This document shows positions 54,215-63,971 of a DNA stretch of 64,000 bases, in pieces (position 1 is the first letter of the stretch; every line of letters begins with the position of its first letter). The position numbers were made by a program, and so were the translations under genes. Below the pieces are notes generated by a model. The model was not told the origin of the DNA and ran no database searches. It saw only the letters and a list, made by a program, of their open reading frames with translations. Source of the stretch: Magnetococcales bacterium (GTDB lineage Bacteria > Pseudomonadota > Magnetococcia > Magnetococcales > JADGBX01); assembly GCA_015231265.1 (NCBI GenBank), contig JADGBX010000003.1, positions 2,829 through 66,828 of the forward strand, read 5' to 3'.

Positions 54215-55798
54215 TCAGGCGCAATCGTCCTGTCTCTGCCAATAACCCTGACTGGCCATGTGGATGGCAGAGAACTCTTTCCCGGAACCAACCGTTTCAA
54301 GAACGTGGCCGGTTTTTGGTCGTGTCTCGTCGTCAATCGCCAGATCGGGGCCCAGATGTATGGTCCGGACATGCGTCCCCGGAGGGGTTCCTTTACCGGT
54401 AATCAGGAGCCAGACCAGAAACCGCTTGATCCAGTTTCCCAGGGTGACGTTGCGCATCAGTGTCATGTTGAGCAGTCGCAACACCGTAAACTCCAGCGGC
54501 GACGGCAAGCGGTGCTTGACCGGTGAGAGCGGCACCTCTACCCGAACCTGCTCCGCTTCGACCACCACCCGGTGATTACGCCTGTATCCCTGAGAACAGA
54601 AAAGAGTCCCCTTTCGATCACGCAGAACCACACCGCCATCGATACGGACTGGCGTGCTCTTTCCATCCTTGGAAAAGTGGTAGCAGACGCCTCCCTTGTT
54701 CAAACTGATGACCGTGTAGTGGCGAGAACTGCCATCCACAAGCAGACCGGCCTCGGGAAAGTGGCGTCTGAAGGGGCTCTGCAGGTAGGCGGGCACCGGA
54801 TCCGTTGACAGACACTCTTTGGCACCCTCCTCAGCCCATATTGCGGCTGCCCAGCAGTAGGCGTTGAACATGGGTGGCAGGTTGTGTTCGTCCATCACCT
54901 CAAGGGTGACCGTGGCCATACGACGAATGGAATCGCGCATGGGTGCCGCCATTGAAGCCGCTCCCCGATTGCCGGAGGCGGCTAGAAACTCGGGTCCGGC
55001 AGGATAGTACAATCGGGTGTTCCGGCTACCGTAGATTCCCCCGAATGAGCCGTCCGGATGGATGAAACAGGAGAGAAACACAATGGCCCGGTGCAGTGGT
55101 TCCGCCAATCCCCATGCTGGACGCAATCGGTGTAGATCGGCGAGATAATAGAGGCAGAGCGTCTGATAGCCGGGATCGGCTCCTTCGTACTCCTGGAACC
55201 AGCCCTCCTCCGAGCCGTGTTTGAGAATGCGGTCGACGAAGAACCGAGCCCGATCATCCACCGATTCGCCGCTGAGATCACTCCATTTGACCAACCCGGC
55301 GGCAGCGGTGGCGAGATGGTTGGAGATCATGCCGTGATATTCGTCCACCCGCACCAGAAATCCAACGGCGGGGCGGATCGTCTCCAGCCACCGTTCACGC
55401 GTTTCCGAATCGATATGTCCCTCCAGACACTCAACTGCCGACAGCAGGTCATACACCACGAGCGCCGTGACGCAAAACGAGGACTCATGGGGAAAGGACT
55501 CCACATAACTGCCGTTGCTGTCCCGTAGCGATTCCGCACACTGAAATATCGCCTCGATCCGCCGCAGCGCCGCCGTGGGTGCGATCCACTCCGGGAGCAG
55601 ATCGTGTTGCAACAGCCTGGCCAAACCATGGGCTGCGCCGAGAAAAGTCCCATTGCCGAAATCGATCAATTTCCAGGCCCATCGTTTACGATCCCCCTGC
55701 CCAAGCGTGGTGCTGAAAGGGTCTCGGTCGTAGAGCGCCAACATCCTGGGTAGAGTGCGATGAATCTGCTCTAGATAGGGGTTGTCAGAATCATTCAC
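54215..55798 (-). CDS. Hypothetical protein, possibly an alpha/alpha-toroid plus beta-sandwich (heparinase II/III-like) fold
   Basis: 527-aa ORF with coding-like composition, convergent with the AsnB-like gene. The helical repeat N-terminal part (GAAHGLARL, NHLATAAAGLV, DPGYQTLCLYYLADL) and a beta-rich C-terminus were judged by eye only. Confidence 0.3.
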   Translation of the reverse strand: MNDSDNPYLEQIHRTLPRMLALYDRDPFSTTLGQGDRKRWAWKLIDFGNGTFLGAAHGLARLLQHDLLPEWIAPTAALRRIEAIFQCAESLRDSNGSYVESFPHESSFCVTALVVYDLLSAVECLEGHIDSETRERWLETIRPAVGFLVRVDEYHGMISNHLATAAAGLVKWSDLSGESVDDRARFFVDRILKHGSEEGWFQEYEGADPGYQTLCLYYLADLHRLRPAWGLAEPLHRAIVFLSCFIHPDGSFGGIYGSRNTRLYYPAGPEFLAASGNRGAASMAAPMRDSIRRMATVTLEVMDEHNLPPMFNAYCWAAAIWAEEGAKECLSTDPVPAYLQSPFRRHFPEAGLLVDGSSRHYTVISLNKGGVCYHFSKDGKSTPVRIDGGVVLRDRKGTLFCSQGYRRNHRVVVEAEQVRVEVPLSPVKHRLPSPLEFTVLRLLNMTLMRNVTLGNWIKRFLVWLLITGKGTPPGTHVRTIHLGPDLAIDDETRPKTGHVLETVGSGKEFSAIHMASQGYWQRQDDCA

Positions 55799-55867
55799 AG
55801 GGAGATCGTCCTGAATTCTAAGCGTGGTAGGGGATAAAGGGGACTGGGATCATACCATTTGGCATTT

Positions 55868-55911
55868 GGGCGTGTCCTCAATGCGCCCGAAACCGCGCTG
55901 GAGTGCCGCCA
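55868..55911 (-). repeat. Partial MITE-family end (left-end type) plus about 30 nt of internal homology
   Basis: gggcgtgtcctcaat then gcgcccgaaaccgcgctggagtgccgccag, compared with 11141-11185 of the complete element. No matching right end nearby. Confidence 0.6.
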
Positions 55912-56451
55912 GTATGGATGACAGAGATCCAACGTCGTGTCGACCATGTGATCCGGCGGCAGGAGATCCCGGTGGGTGCCCTTATGCCCGGGTTCCTTCT
56001 GCGGTTGCAACGCGTGGGGCTCTTGCGGGGCGGTTTAGATCTGTTCCGAGAACGCTCTTCAGCCGCTCTTCCGGCATGGTGACTTGTTTGACAATAACCA
56101 CCATATTTCAGTTTATTGAGCAACCTTTTCAACCGAGAAACGTGTTTTTCCGAACAAGAACTCTTAACTATATTTTGTTGATATTGTGCATATAATTGAC
56201 TGCACATCCAAAGGAGCTTCTCTATCAAAAAAACAATCCGGTTATACTTCGGCGAAAAGTTTCTTGCCACTCTTTAACACGCCAATGAACAGTATCAATA
56301 TGAGCGCAACCTATATTAAACTACCCGGCGCATACTGAACAACCGGGTAGCGAGATCATCTCAGTCCACACTACACTCCGTAGGGTGCTCTCCTGTAGAC
56401 CGGACTCGTTTTCCGGAGGCGAACACAACCACTAACCGCCTGGGCCAACTT

Positions 56452-59154
56452 GTGTACACCCTGTTTCGCACTCTATTAGAACATCGATTCGCCGAGATAA
56501 TCCTTCGACTGTTACTGCTATTCGGAATCATCATCCTGCTGGCAACCTATCTGCATCTGAGCCTCCATGCTGCTGACAAAGTGCCCTGGATCACGGAAGA
56601 TGACGGTCTGGCTACCATAGGTGCCAGTCTGGCTTCTCACGGTCGGTTTGGGGATCCGGTTGCTCCTCAGCTCAATTATAGCGGAACCGTCCGAACCGAC
56701 GATTTTTACATCTATGGTGTCTGGACCTTCCTTGTAGAAGCGGTTCTGATTAAGATCGCAGGCGCCACGTTCTCCGTAGCGCGTTTGGTGCACTGTGTGG
56801 CGCTTATGATCGCCATAGTGCTGTTTTTCCGAGCTTTCTGGCAACGATCACCGGGTGGGGTGGGGCTGTTCATCGTCGGCACCATCGGCTCTCTCGCCCT
56901 CTGGGGCTGGGAGATGTTCCGGCCCGAACTCATCGCTCCGGCTCTGATGGCCGCCACCCTCTACAGCTTTGCCAGAGCCCATATCACCAACTCTCGTCCA
57001 GCGTGGTTTCTGAGTGCCTTTTTTGCCGGGGCAACGGCTACGGTGCATCCGGTATTTGCCCTGTTCGGCCTCTGGTTCGTGGGGATGTGGCTCCTCTCCC
57101 TGTCGTCGCCGATGTTTTACCCCGGTCCCGCTCTCCCGCCTTCGGTACGGCTACGCTTTTCCCACTCTTTCCTGCCGACGCTTGTGGGAGGATGTAGCAG
57201 TTTGTTGATCTATCTGACTGCGATGGGGTTTCGGATCGGCGACCTTTGGGAGCTCTCCACGGCCTATCAGGACATCAGATTCCAGCTCGATTATGTGACA
57301 TCGTTTCTCATACACTACAATATGGCGTGGGGAACGTACGCTGGAGCGGCCGTCCTGGCCAGCGTGATGATGGCCATCATCCTGCCGGTGATTGCTCTGT
57401 ATGGCCATAAGCGCTGGCGCTGGCCTACTGATCTATTGGTCTGGTCCGTGCCAGCGTCTATGGCGTTGTTGTTGTTCCATCTTGGTCTGGGATTCTACAA
57501 GAGTCATATCGTCAGTCTTGTCTTTATCAGTCAGGTTCTCATCGTATGGTCGGCAACTGTTTGGTTTCTATGGGCGGTTTCCATCATCGAGATACGATTC
57601 CCCAGTACCATTCGACTGGGACGACGTATCGGCAGCCTGATGTTGGTCGCCGTTCTCATCTTTGTAGCCAGCGTCATCCGGAGCCCGGCATCCCCACTTC
57701 CCGTACTGGCCATCGCAGGCCGAAAAGCATCGTTAGCCCGTTCCAGCGTCTCTTATGATCGATACGTGATGGCGTGTCTGGAGGATCTCCCCTCTGGCAG
57801 CCGTGTCTGGGGGAATATCACCATGGGTCTGGACGTGGCCGGAGAGGTGGATCTCATCCGCATCGGCGACGGGATCAGCCTCGCCCACGACTTTCAACCC
57901 CCTCACCGGAGTCGGGTAGCGCCCGATTTCATCATTCTCAACCCGCTCTATCGACGCCATCTATTGCGTAGTGCTCTATCGGAACGTCTACCGGAACCTG
58001 GGTCCAGACCACCGAAACTGTTTGATCTGCCCGGCACTTCCAGCACTGCACCGGACGACTCCCATCGAAGCTTCTGGGATACGGTACACAGACTGTTTCC
58101 CAGCATGCGTTGGGTTCCCCGTAAGCTGATACACGCCCCTCCCTACGGCCTGACCATCGTATTTCAGCGCCAAGAGACCAGCATGACGGAGCATCCGCAT
58201 GCCCCGATCCTGGTGGAGGCAACCGATGGCTGGAGCGGTCGCTGGAATCGGGTTATCGGGAAGCGATCGACCCAATCCCAAGCCCCCTTAACGGAACCAG
58301 TCTTTTTTCGGTTGTTTGAGTACGACGGCCACCTGTCGGGTATGGCGGATCGCAGCCGTCGGCTGATGGTGAAGCCCGGGTTCCATCTCATCCGTCTCAG
58401 GGTACACCGCTCGGCTCTGCACCCACGCACCGGTCTGTTCGTCGCAACCCCCGGAACGCTCCAAAGCGAACACAATGACTCGATTATCGGTGCCGCACAC
58501 GCTTCCATCCCCTATCAAGGCGCCACTGAGACTGCCTTACTGGTAGAGCATCACGGAGGTCCACTCACCATCAGCCAGTTCGATCCCGATCCTGGCTCAG
58601 ACTTTGATATAACGGCAATCCACCCCGTTTCAACTCTCGCAGAACGTCACTGGAAGACGCTCTCTTTGCCCCCCCTTGCCAGCTGGAAAAGTAGTTCCAC
58701 AATCAATCGCCTCGTCCCAGTCGGTGGAGAAAGTGTTCGGTTAGTGCCCACCGAGCCCGATCGGGTTGGTCCCATGAAGCTGATCAGTCCAGTTATTGCC
58801 ATCGAGCCGGGCCGACGAATGATCCTCAACGTGGTGGGAGGGTCCAACGTGCGGCTACCTCAAATCAATGTTCGGGATCCCGATAGCGGTATCTGGCTGC
58901 TTCGCAAGCATCCCATCTCCGTTGCCGGAGTATTCGATTCGGGTCACACTCGACGGATAGTTATCCAGGTTGAAACGGGAGCCGCAGTAAATACACAACC
59001 CGAATTGATCCTTGATAGGGTCAGACTCCGAGAGGATCCTGTACCCTATCAGACCGAATATGCGGAGGCATTGGTCACCTGTAGGCACAACGTACTCACC
59101 AATACACCGACAACTCTCTGCCGGGGTGCCCGACCCAAACACGTGATGGAGTGA
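56452..59154 (+). CDS. GT-C-fold membrane glycosyltransferase (ArnT/PMT-like) with a large C-terminal soluble domain
   Basis: 900 aa with a GTG start. The N-terminal roughly 420 aa hold about 11-12 hydrophobic segments, with an acidic motif WITEDDG in the first extracytoplasmic loop, as in GT-C enzymes. The C-terminal roughly 480 aa are unassigned. Confidence 0.5.
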   Translation: MYTLFRTLLEHRFAEIILRLLLLFGIIILLATYLHLSLHAADKVPWITEDDGLATIGASLASHGRFGDPVAPQLNYSGTVRTDDFYIYGVWTFLVEAVLIKIAGATFSVARLVHCVALMIAIVLFFRAFWQRSPGGVGLFIVGTIGSLALWGWEMFRPELIAPALMAATLYSFARAHITNSRPAWFLSAFFAGATATVHPVFALFGLWFVGMWLLSLSSPMFYPGPALPPSVRLRFSHSFLPTLVGGCSSLLIYLTAMGFRIGDLWELSTAYQDIRFQLDYVTSFLIHYNMAWGTYAGAAVLASVMMAIILPVIALYGHKRWRWPTDLLVWSVPASMALLLFHLGLGFYKSHIVSLVFISQVLIVWSATVWFLWAVSIIEIRFPSTIRLGRRIGSLMLVAVLIFVASVIRSPASPLPVLAIAGRKASLARSSVSYDRYVMACLEDLPSGSRVWGNITMGLDVAGEVDLIRIGDGISLAHDFQPPHRSRVAPDFIILNPLYRRHLLRSALSERLPEPGSRPPKLFDLPGTSSTAPDDSHRSFWDTVHRLFPSMRWVPRKLIHAPPYGLTIVFQRQETSMTEHPHAPILVEATDGWSGRWNRVIGKRSTQSQAPLTEPVFFRLFEYDGHLSGMADRSRRLMVKPGFHLIRLRVHRSALHPRTGLFVATPGTLQSEHNDSIIGAAHASIPYQGATETALLVEHHGGPLTISQFDPDPGSDFDITAIHPVSTLAERHWKTLSLPPLASWKSSSTINRLVPVGGESVRLVPTEPDRVGPMKLISPVIAIEPGRRMILNVVGGSNVRLPQINVRDPDSGIWLLRKHPISVAGVFDSGHTRRIVIQVETGAAVNTQPELILDRVRLREDPVPYQTEYAEALVTCRHNVLTNTPTTLCRGARPKHVME

Positions 59155-59164
59155 ACCGTTCCCC

Positions 59165-60607
59165 ATGAAAACCGCCCTCGTCAATCCCCCTCTGGCCGTT
59201 GAGGAGAACTACGGCAGCCTGAGTGGCTTCTCACCCGAGATGCCGCAGTTGGGAATCGCCTTCATCACCGGTTTTTTGAAACAGAACGGCTTTGAGGTCG
59301 ATCTTCTTGATCTGGGCGGGACCATCTACTCGGAGACAGTTAAACGACTCACGAGCTACGATGTGGTGGGATTCTCCACCTATATCACCAACGCCCACGT
59401 CGTTCAGACTCTCTCCCGCGATCTCAAAGATCTCAAACCTGAAATCACTCTTATCGCCGGTGGACCCCACGTCACTCTCTTTCCCCAGGACATGGAGGGT
59501 TACGGTCTCGACTATGTCGTCTCCGGTGACGGTGAATTGCCCATGCTGGAACTGATGCAGCACCTGGTTCATGGCCATCCCATCTCCGACTACAACGGCA
59601 TTGGGGTTGTGGATGGTGGACGAACCGTCCGATTTCCAGCAAGCCGCTCCAGAAAGATCGACGATCTGGATATCATCGGCCCACCAGACACCTCTCAATA
59701 TGCTCTGGAGAACTACTTCCCCCCGGCCCATGTCCAGGGTCGGAAGGTGATCCACACGTTGACCACCAGAGGCTGCCCCTTTAAGTGTACATTCTGCGCA
59801 GCGGCCGAGGTGATGGGACGACGCATGCGGTTTCGGAACCCCGACAATGTGGTGGAGGAACTGCTGCACTACAAGGAGATGGGGTACGACTCTGTAATTT
59901 TCTACGACGACATCTTCACCATCCGCCGCCGCCACGTCATGGAGTTGTGCGAGGCGATGATTAAGGCGGATTTGGGATTCGACTGGTGCTGTTTCACCCG
60001 CACCAATGTGGTACAGCATCCCGAGATGCTCGCCGCCATGAAGGAGTCTGGCTGCTACCTGATCACCTTTGGCTGCGAGAGCGCGAATGATCACACCCTG
60101 AAATTGCTGCGTAAAGGACTCAGTGTCGAGCAGAACCTGGAGGGAATCGAGCGCGTCCACCAAGCCGGAATCATGACCTTCTCCTCTTTCATGATCGGAC
60201 TGCCGGGTGAGACCGCTGAGGATATCCGCCACACCATCCGCTGGGCACGAGACTCAAAACTCGACTTTGCCGTCTTTCCCATCTTCGAACCCTTCAAGGG
60301 AACCCCTGTCTACGACGACTGCAAACAGTTGGGAAGCTGGCAAACTCTCAAGGACCAGAGTAACAACCTCCTTAGCAATCAGTCCGACATCTGGGTTCCC
60401 AACGGCATCACTCGGAAAGAGGTGGTGCTGTTGGCACGAGAGGCGTTCAAATCGTTCTATTTCAGACCGCGTCGATTCCTCGGGGTGATGCGGTACGTAC
60501 TCACCCGTCTGCCGCCGGAGCGGTCGCTCACCTTCATAAAGGGGGGGATCGACTATTTTCTCACTTTTGCCAAAAAGTCCGACTCCCAGCACAATACCCA
60601 CTATTGA
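59165..60607 (+). CDS. B12-binding-domain radical SAM protein
   Basis: 480 aa. N-terminal Rossmann-like B12-binding region (VDLLDLGG..., VVGFSTYI). TTRGCPFKCTFCAA is the CxxxCxxC cluster. Confidence 0.85.
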   Translation: MKTALVNPPLAVEENYGSLSGFSPEMPQLGIAFITGFLKQNGFEVDLLDLGGTIYSETVKRLTSYDVVGFSTYITNAHVVQTLSRDLKDLKPEITLIAGGPHVTLFPQDMEGYGLDYVVSGDGELPMLELMQHLVHGHPISDYNGIGVVDGGRTVRFPASRSRKIDDLDIIGPPDTSQYALENYFPPAHVQGRKVIHTLTTRGCPFKCTFCAAAEVMGRRMRFRNPDNVVEELLHYKEMGYDSVIFYDDIFTIRRRHVMELCEAMIKADLGFDWCCFTRTNVVQHPEMLAAMKESGCYLITFGCESANDHTLKLLRKGLSVEQNLEGIERVHQAGIMTFSSFMIGLPGETAEDIRHTIRWARDSKLDFAVFPIFEPFKGTPVYDDCKQLGSWQTLKDQSNNLLSNQSDIWVPNGITRKEVVLLAREAFKSFYFRPRRFLGVMRYVLTRLPPERSLTFIKGGIDYFLTFAKKSDSQHNTHY

Positions 60608-60803
60608 GTCCTGGTGTTGGGCGTTATGCGGTTGGTTGTGTCCATGATCGTCCCGTTCAAGTGGGCTGTTTTCCGAGGCATGACCGCACAGTCAGGAAGA
60701 GTCGATCCGAACACCAGACTCAGTGATGATTCTCAGAAATCATTCCCATGCTCACTGGGCATCATCACCCATCAAATCGTGCTGACATTCAAACGGAAGA
60801 ACC

Positions 60804-61640
60804 ATGCCCGGAAGCTCTCCACGTATCGTACTCATCTCTTCTTGTGACCGGCTTGCGGCTCTCGCTTGTCGCCATCTGTTCCGCCCGAACAGCCCCATGA
60901 AGATCGTCGGTCTGGTGCGAACCCTGTTACCGCTGAAGACCCAGGCGACTCTCGTTCGTTCGGCCATTCGAGCCGGAGCGTTCTTCTATCTGCCATTCAT
61001 GTTCTTGGAGGAGCATGCCACCGCCGTCGCCCTACGTTTGGCCACCTGCTCATCGACCGAGCACCCACCCGCCCCCGATATCGTCACGGAGTGTAGCCGT
61101 CTGGGAATCCCGGTCCGCGATGTCACCCGGATCAATGATCAGGAGAGCGTCGGCTTTATCCGGCACCTTCAGGCCGATCTTTGTCTCAGTGTCCGACCAT
61201 CGGTGATCTTCCGAACCCGGATGATTGACGCAGTACCGCCCATTCTCAATTTTCATGCCTCGCTTCTGCCCGATTATCGGGGCATCGGCGGAATCTTCCA
61301 GACGTTGGCTTCGGGCAGCAAGCAGTATGGATTCTCCATCCACGAGATCCGCAACGAGGAGATCGACCGGGGTCCAATCCACACCCAGTGCACCCTGGAC
61401 GTTCAACCCGGTCAGACCCTTTTTCAGCACACGGTACGGCTCTATAGCCGGGTCTCTCCGGCCTTGATCGACGCAGTGGAACGATACACATCGGGAAAAC
61501 AGGCCAAGACCAACGAGGGGGGATCATACTTCTCCTGGCCCGTCCGGAAGGATCTGGCCCGGTTCCACGCTACAGGGAGACGGTTGTTTCTACCCACGGA
61601 CATAAAACGAGTGGTGCCGGATCTCTGCCAGGGTTTATAG
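60804..61640 (+). CDS. Formyltransferase (Fmt / ArnA-N-terminal-like)
   Basis: 278 aa. ILNFHASLLPDYRGIGG is the HxSLLPxxRG formyl-transfer motif. The N-terminal RIVLISS is a Rossmann-type start. Confidence 0.8.
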   Translation: MPGSSPRIVLISSCDRLAALACRHLFRPNSPMKIVGLVRTLLPLKTQATLVRSAIRAGAFFYLPFMFLEEHATAVALRLATCSSTEHPPAPDIVTECSRLGIPVRDVTRINDQESVGFIRHLQADLCLSVRPSVIFRTRMIDAVPPILNFHASLLPDYRGIGGIFQTLASGSKQYGFSIHEIRNEEIDRGPIHTQCTLDVQPGQTLFQHTVRLYSRVSPALIDAVERYTSGKQAKTNEGGSYFSWPVRKDLARFHATGRRLFLPTDIKRVVPDLCQGL

Positions 61641-61722
61641 CCGATTGTGGCACTGCACAACGCCTTGCCCGCTGTATTTTCAGTCACAAACGCTGATTCA
61701 GGCTCATTGAGGACACGCCCTA
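61641..61722 (+). repeat. Right half of a MITE-family element filling the whole convergent intergenic space
   Basis: 61660-61722 (acgccttgcccgctgtattttcagtcacaaacgctgattcaggctcattgaggacacgccctaa) aligns over most positions with 11264-11326 of the complete element. Confidence 0.7.
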
Positions 61723-63168
61723 ATCATCTGATCGTTCCTTAAGAATCACTCCACTGGGAAGACGACTTGCCATGCCCAAAGCCATCATGCGTTCCAGAAT
61801 GTATCGATACTCGTGCTGCCATTGATGATCGGTGGAGAAGACGTGTGTATGCCAGATGACGGCAGCTTCACCCCGACAGTGCACCACCTCGTCCAACAGA
61901 CGATCGATCACCGCCTCTCGGGCGGATTGTTCGGTCAAATTTCCATAGTGGAACAGGTGCGTATCCATGAGAATGGTCGGCACCACCCAGAGAGGATGCG
62001 CCCGCCCAGCCGCATGGTCATAAGGTCGGAACGGTGAGACCACACCCGCCCTGAATCCGGGACGATCGTTGAATCCCAGTGTGGTATCTACCTCGATTCC
62101 GGCGGCATGATGGGCTCGCCAAGTCTCGGCTAAAGAGAATCGCAACCAGTGTTGACGACAGGTCGTGACGGTGTGTCTGCAATCCAGCACCCTTTCCACA
62201 GCCTGAAGCTCACGGCGCATGCGCTCGGCATCCCGCCAGACATCGAACGCAAAGTGGACACCCACCTCCCACCCCTCAACGGCACGTCGTTGCAGGATCC
62301 CCGGCAACACGGGATGGGTGGACGGATCGTATGGAGGATCGAAAAGATAATGGCGCAACCTGGCCGCCGCACTCCCGGAAGGTCTTACACCGCTGAATAG
62401 ATTATAGGCCGAACGAAAACCGTATTGCTTCTCCATCTCGGCCATCTCGTCAATGAAGAGATAGTCCGCCCGACCGAAAATCATCCTCATCGCATCTCGG
62501 AGCCCTGTTGCCGCATCCCCGAAACGCGCCTGAAACAGACTACGGACGACATTAGCAGTACGGAACACCCCCTCTTTGAGTCTGGTCACTCCCTTTTTAG
62601 CGATCAGATCAACGTCGTGGGTGAGGTGAAGGGCTGGCTGTGCATCGACGGGAGAGGGGGGTGTGGTCAGTTTCCGGGTAATCGTAGCTGCCACTCCCCG
62701 AGCCAACAGCGTTGCATAGGGTCGATCGAAGCGGTCCGTATTGCCACCCGTTCGCAAGGCATAGGAGTGCAGCGGACCCAACCGGCACTCCTGTTCGTAC
62801 TCCTCCAAACACGACACATAGGCAAAAACGTTGTAAAACAGGTCGAAGGAGATCTCTTCTGATCCGGCATCCGGATCAATGGTGTCGGTATAGATGAGTA
62901 TGGCGTCGAGATCTTCGGAGCCGCACGCCATTTCGACCTGCTGCATCTTTCCAGGCCGAAACTCCGGTCGTCGGGGTATGAGAATCACCTCATCGCCAGG
63001 ATCCTCCGGAACGACCCCGTACCAGAGTGCAGGCCCACTGCCTGAGAGTTCCCCAGGAGCGACAAGCGAAAAACGAACGGCCAGCCCAGTCAATGGAGCA
63101 AGCACATCCAACGTGTAGAGCAACCAGTCATTATCCGCCTCGGGATCAGCAACGACCGGCAGTTGCAT
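61720..63168 (-). CDS. Polysaccharide deacetylase-fold protein, ArnD-like (putative deformylase/deacetylase)
   Basis: HLTHDVDL, EVGVHFAFD, CRQHWLRF, GFRAGVVSPFRPY and VVPTILMD line up by eye with the ArnD blocks (RIDVDT, EVGLHAWDH, AAGWR, PFRP, IPVTLPT). The start is chosen at ATG 63168-63166, which overlaps the upstream stop (TGATG). The track ORF extends to 63225. Confidence 0.55.
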   Translation of the reverse strand: MQLPVVADPEADNDWLLYTLDVLAPLTGLAVRFSLVAPGELSGSGPALWYGVVPEDPGDEVILIPRRPEFRPGKMQQVEMACGSEDLDAILIYTDTIDPDAGSEEISFDLFYNVFAYVSCLEEYEQECRLGPLHSYALRTGGNTDRFDRPYATLLARGVAATITRKLTTPPSPVDAQPALHLTHDVDLIAKKGVTRLKEGVFRTANVVRSLFQARFGDAATGLRDAMRMIFGRADYLFIDEMAEMEKQYGFRSAYNLFSGVRPSGSAAARLRHYLFDPPYDPSTHPVLPGILQRRAVEGWEVGVHFAFDVWRDAERMRRELQAVERVLDCRHTVTTCRQHWLRFSLAETWRAHHAAGIEVDTTLGFNDRPGFRAGVVSPFRPYDHAAGRAHPLWVVPTILMDTHLFHYGNLTEQSAREAVIDRLLDEVVHCRGEAAVIWHTHVFSTDHQWQHEYRYILERMMALGMASRLPSGVILKERSDD

Positions 63169-63971
63169 CACGGTTTCGATTCCTCGATAACGGGGATTGC
63201 AATCCGTTTGCGCCACAGCCTCCACATGAATCCCAAATGACGTTGGATGGTGCGCAATGTCCTGAGCTTGGACTGCCCATGCATCCGTTCGTGGATGACC
63301 GAGGGAGTCTGTTTAACCGATAATCCGGCCAACAACGCCTTGACCAGGATCTCTGCATTGGCAAGAAAGTCATTCGCTTCCGGTACAAGCGCCTTGACGA
63401 CATCCCCACGGTAGATGCGAAACCCACAGGTGAATGTGACCACATCACACGCCTTCTCCTGCAAGAGATAGCGGTAGAGCACCACCACCCCCCTGCTGAA
63501 GATGAACCGGTGCGATGGGTAGTTCCACGACCCCTCGTTCATGAAAGCCGAGGCGGTGACGAGATGGGCGTCGGGAGTCATCGCCTTGAGCAGTTCCGGG
63601 ATGGATCGAATATCGTAGTTGGTATCAGCGTCGATGGTCGCAACCAAATCTCCCTCGGCAGCCAGCAGACCCCGTCGCAGTGCACCACCATAGCCGAGAT
63701 TGTGCTCATTCCGAATCAGGCGCACGGAGGTGCTATTCCCGAAATGGCTGGAGAGCATCTCCCAGGTGCCATCGCTGGATCCATCGTCAACAAACACGTA
63801 CCCAACGCGATAACGCTGCCCGTCAATCAGTTCATGAAGCTGGTTGATGCGGAAGAAGAGCGTTGGTAACGCCGCCTCTTCGTTGTAACAAGGGATAACC
63901 ACCGTCAGGTGGTGAAGAGGCTCGGAGTAACGGGTTATCTGATGGCGTTTCTGCCGCTGTTTCATCGCCAT
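63168..63971 (-). CDS. GT2 polyprenyl-phosphate glycosyltransferase (ArnC/DPM1-like)
   Basis: 267 aa. VVIPCYNEEAALP, VFVDDGSSDGT and TIDADTNYD (DxD) are GT-A family 2 motifs. Confidence 0.8.
   Translation of the reverse strand: MAMKQRQKRHQITRYSEPLHHLTVVIPCYNEEAALPTLFFRINQLHELIDGQRYRVGYVFVDDGSSDGTWEMLSSHFGNSTSVRLIRNEHNLGYGGALRRGLLAAEGDLVATIDADTNYDIRSIPELLKAMTPDAHLVTASAFMNEGSWNYPSHRFIFSRGVVVLYRYLLQEKACDVVTFTCGFRIYRGDVVKALVPEANDFLANAEILVKALLAGLSVKQTPSVIHERMHGQSKLRTLRTIQRHLGFMWRLWRKRIAIPVIEESKP

Noticed and set aside
49746-60607. RiPP or lasso-peptide interpretation (M50 protease + Asn-synthase homologue + radical SAM)
   Set aside because: The AsnB-like protein keeps the N-terminal MCGI glutaminase nucleophile and the SGGIDS loop of true amidotransferases. 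There is no transglutaminase-like B protein, no PqqD-like RRE and no convincing precursor. The neighbours are glycosyl- and formyl-transfer enzymes. The M50 gene belongs to a different operon.
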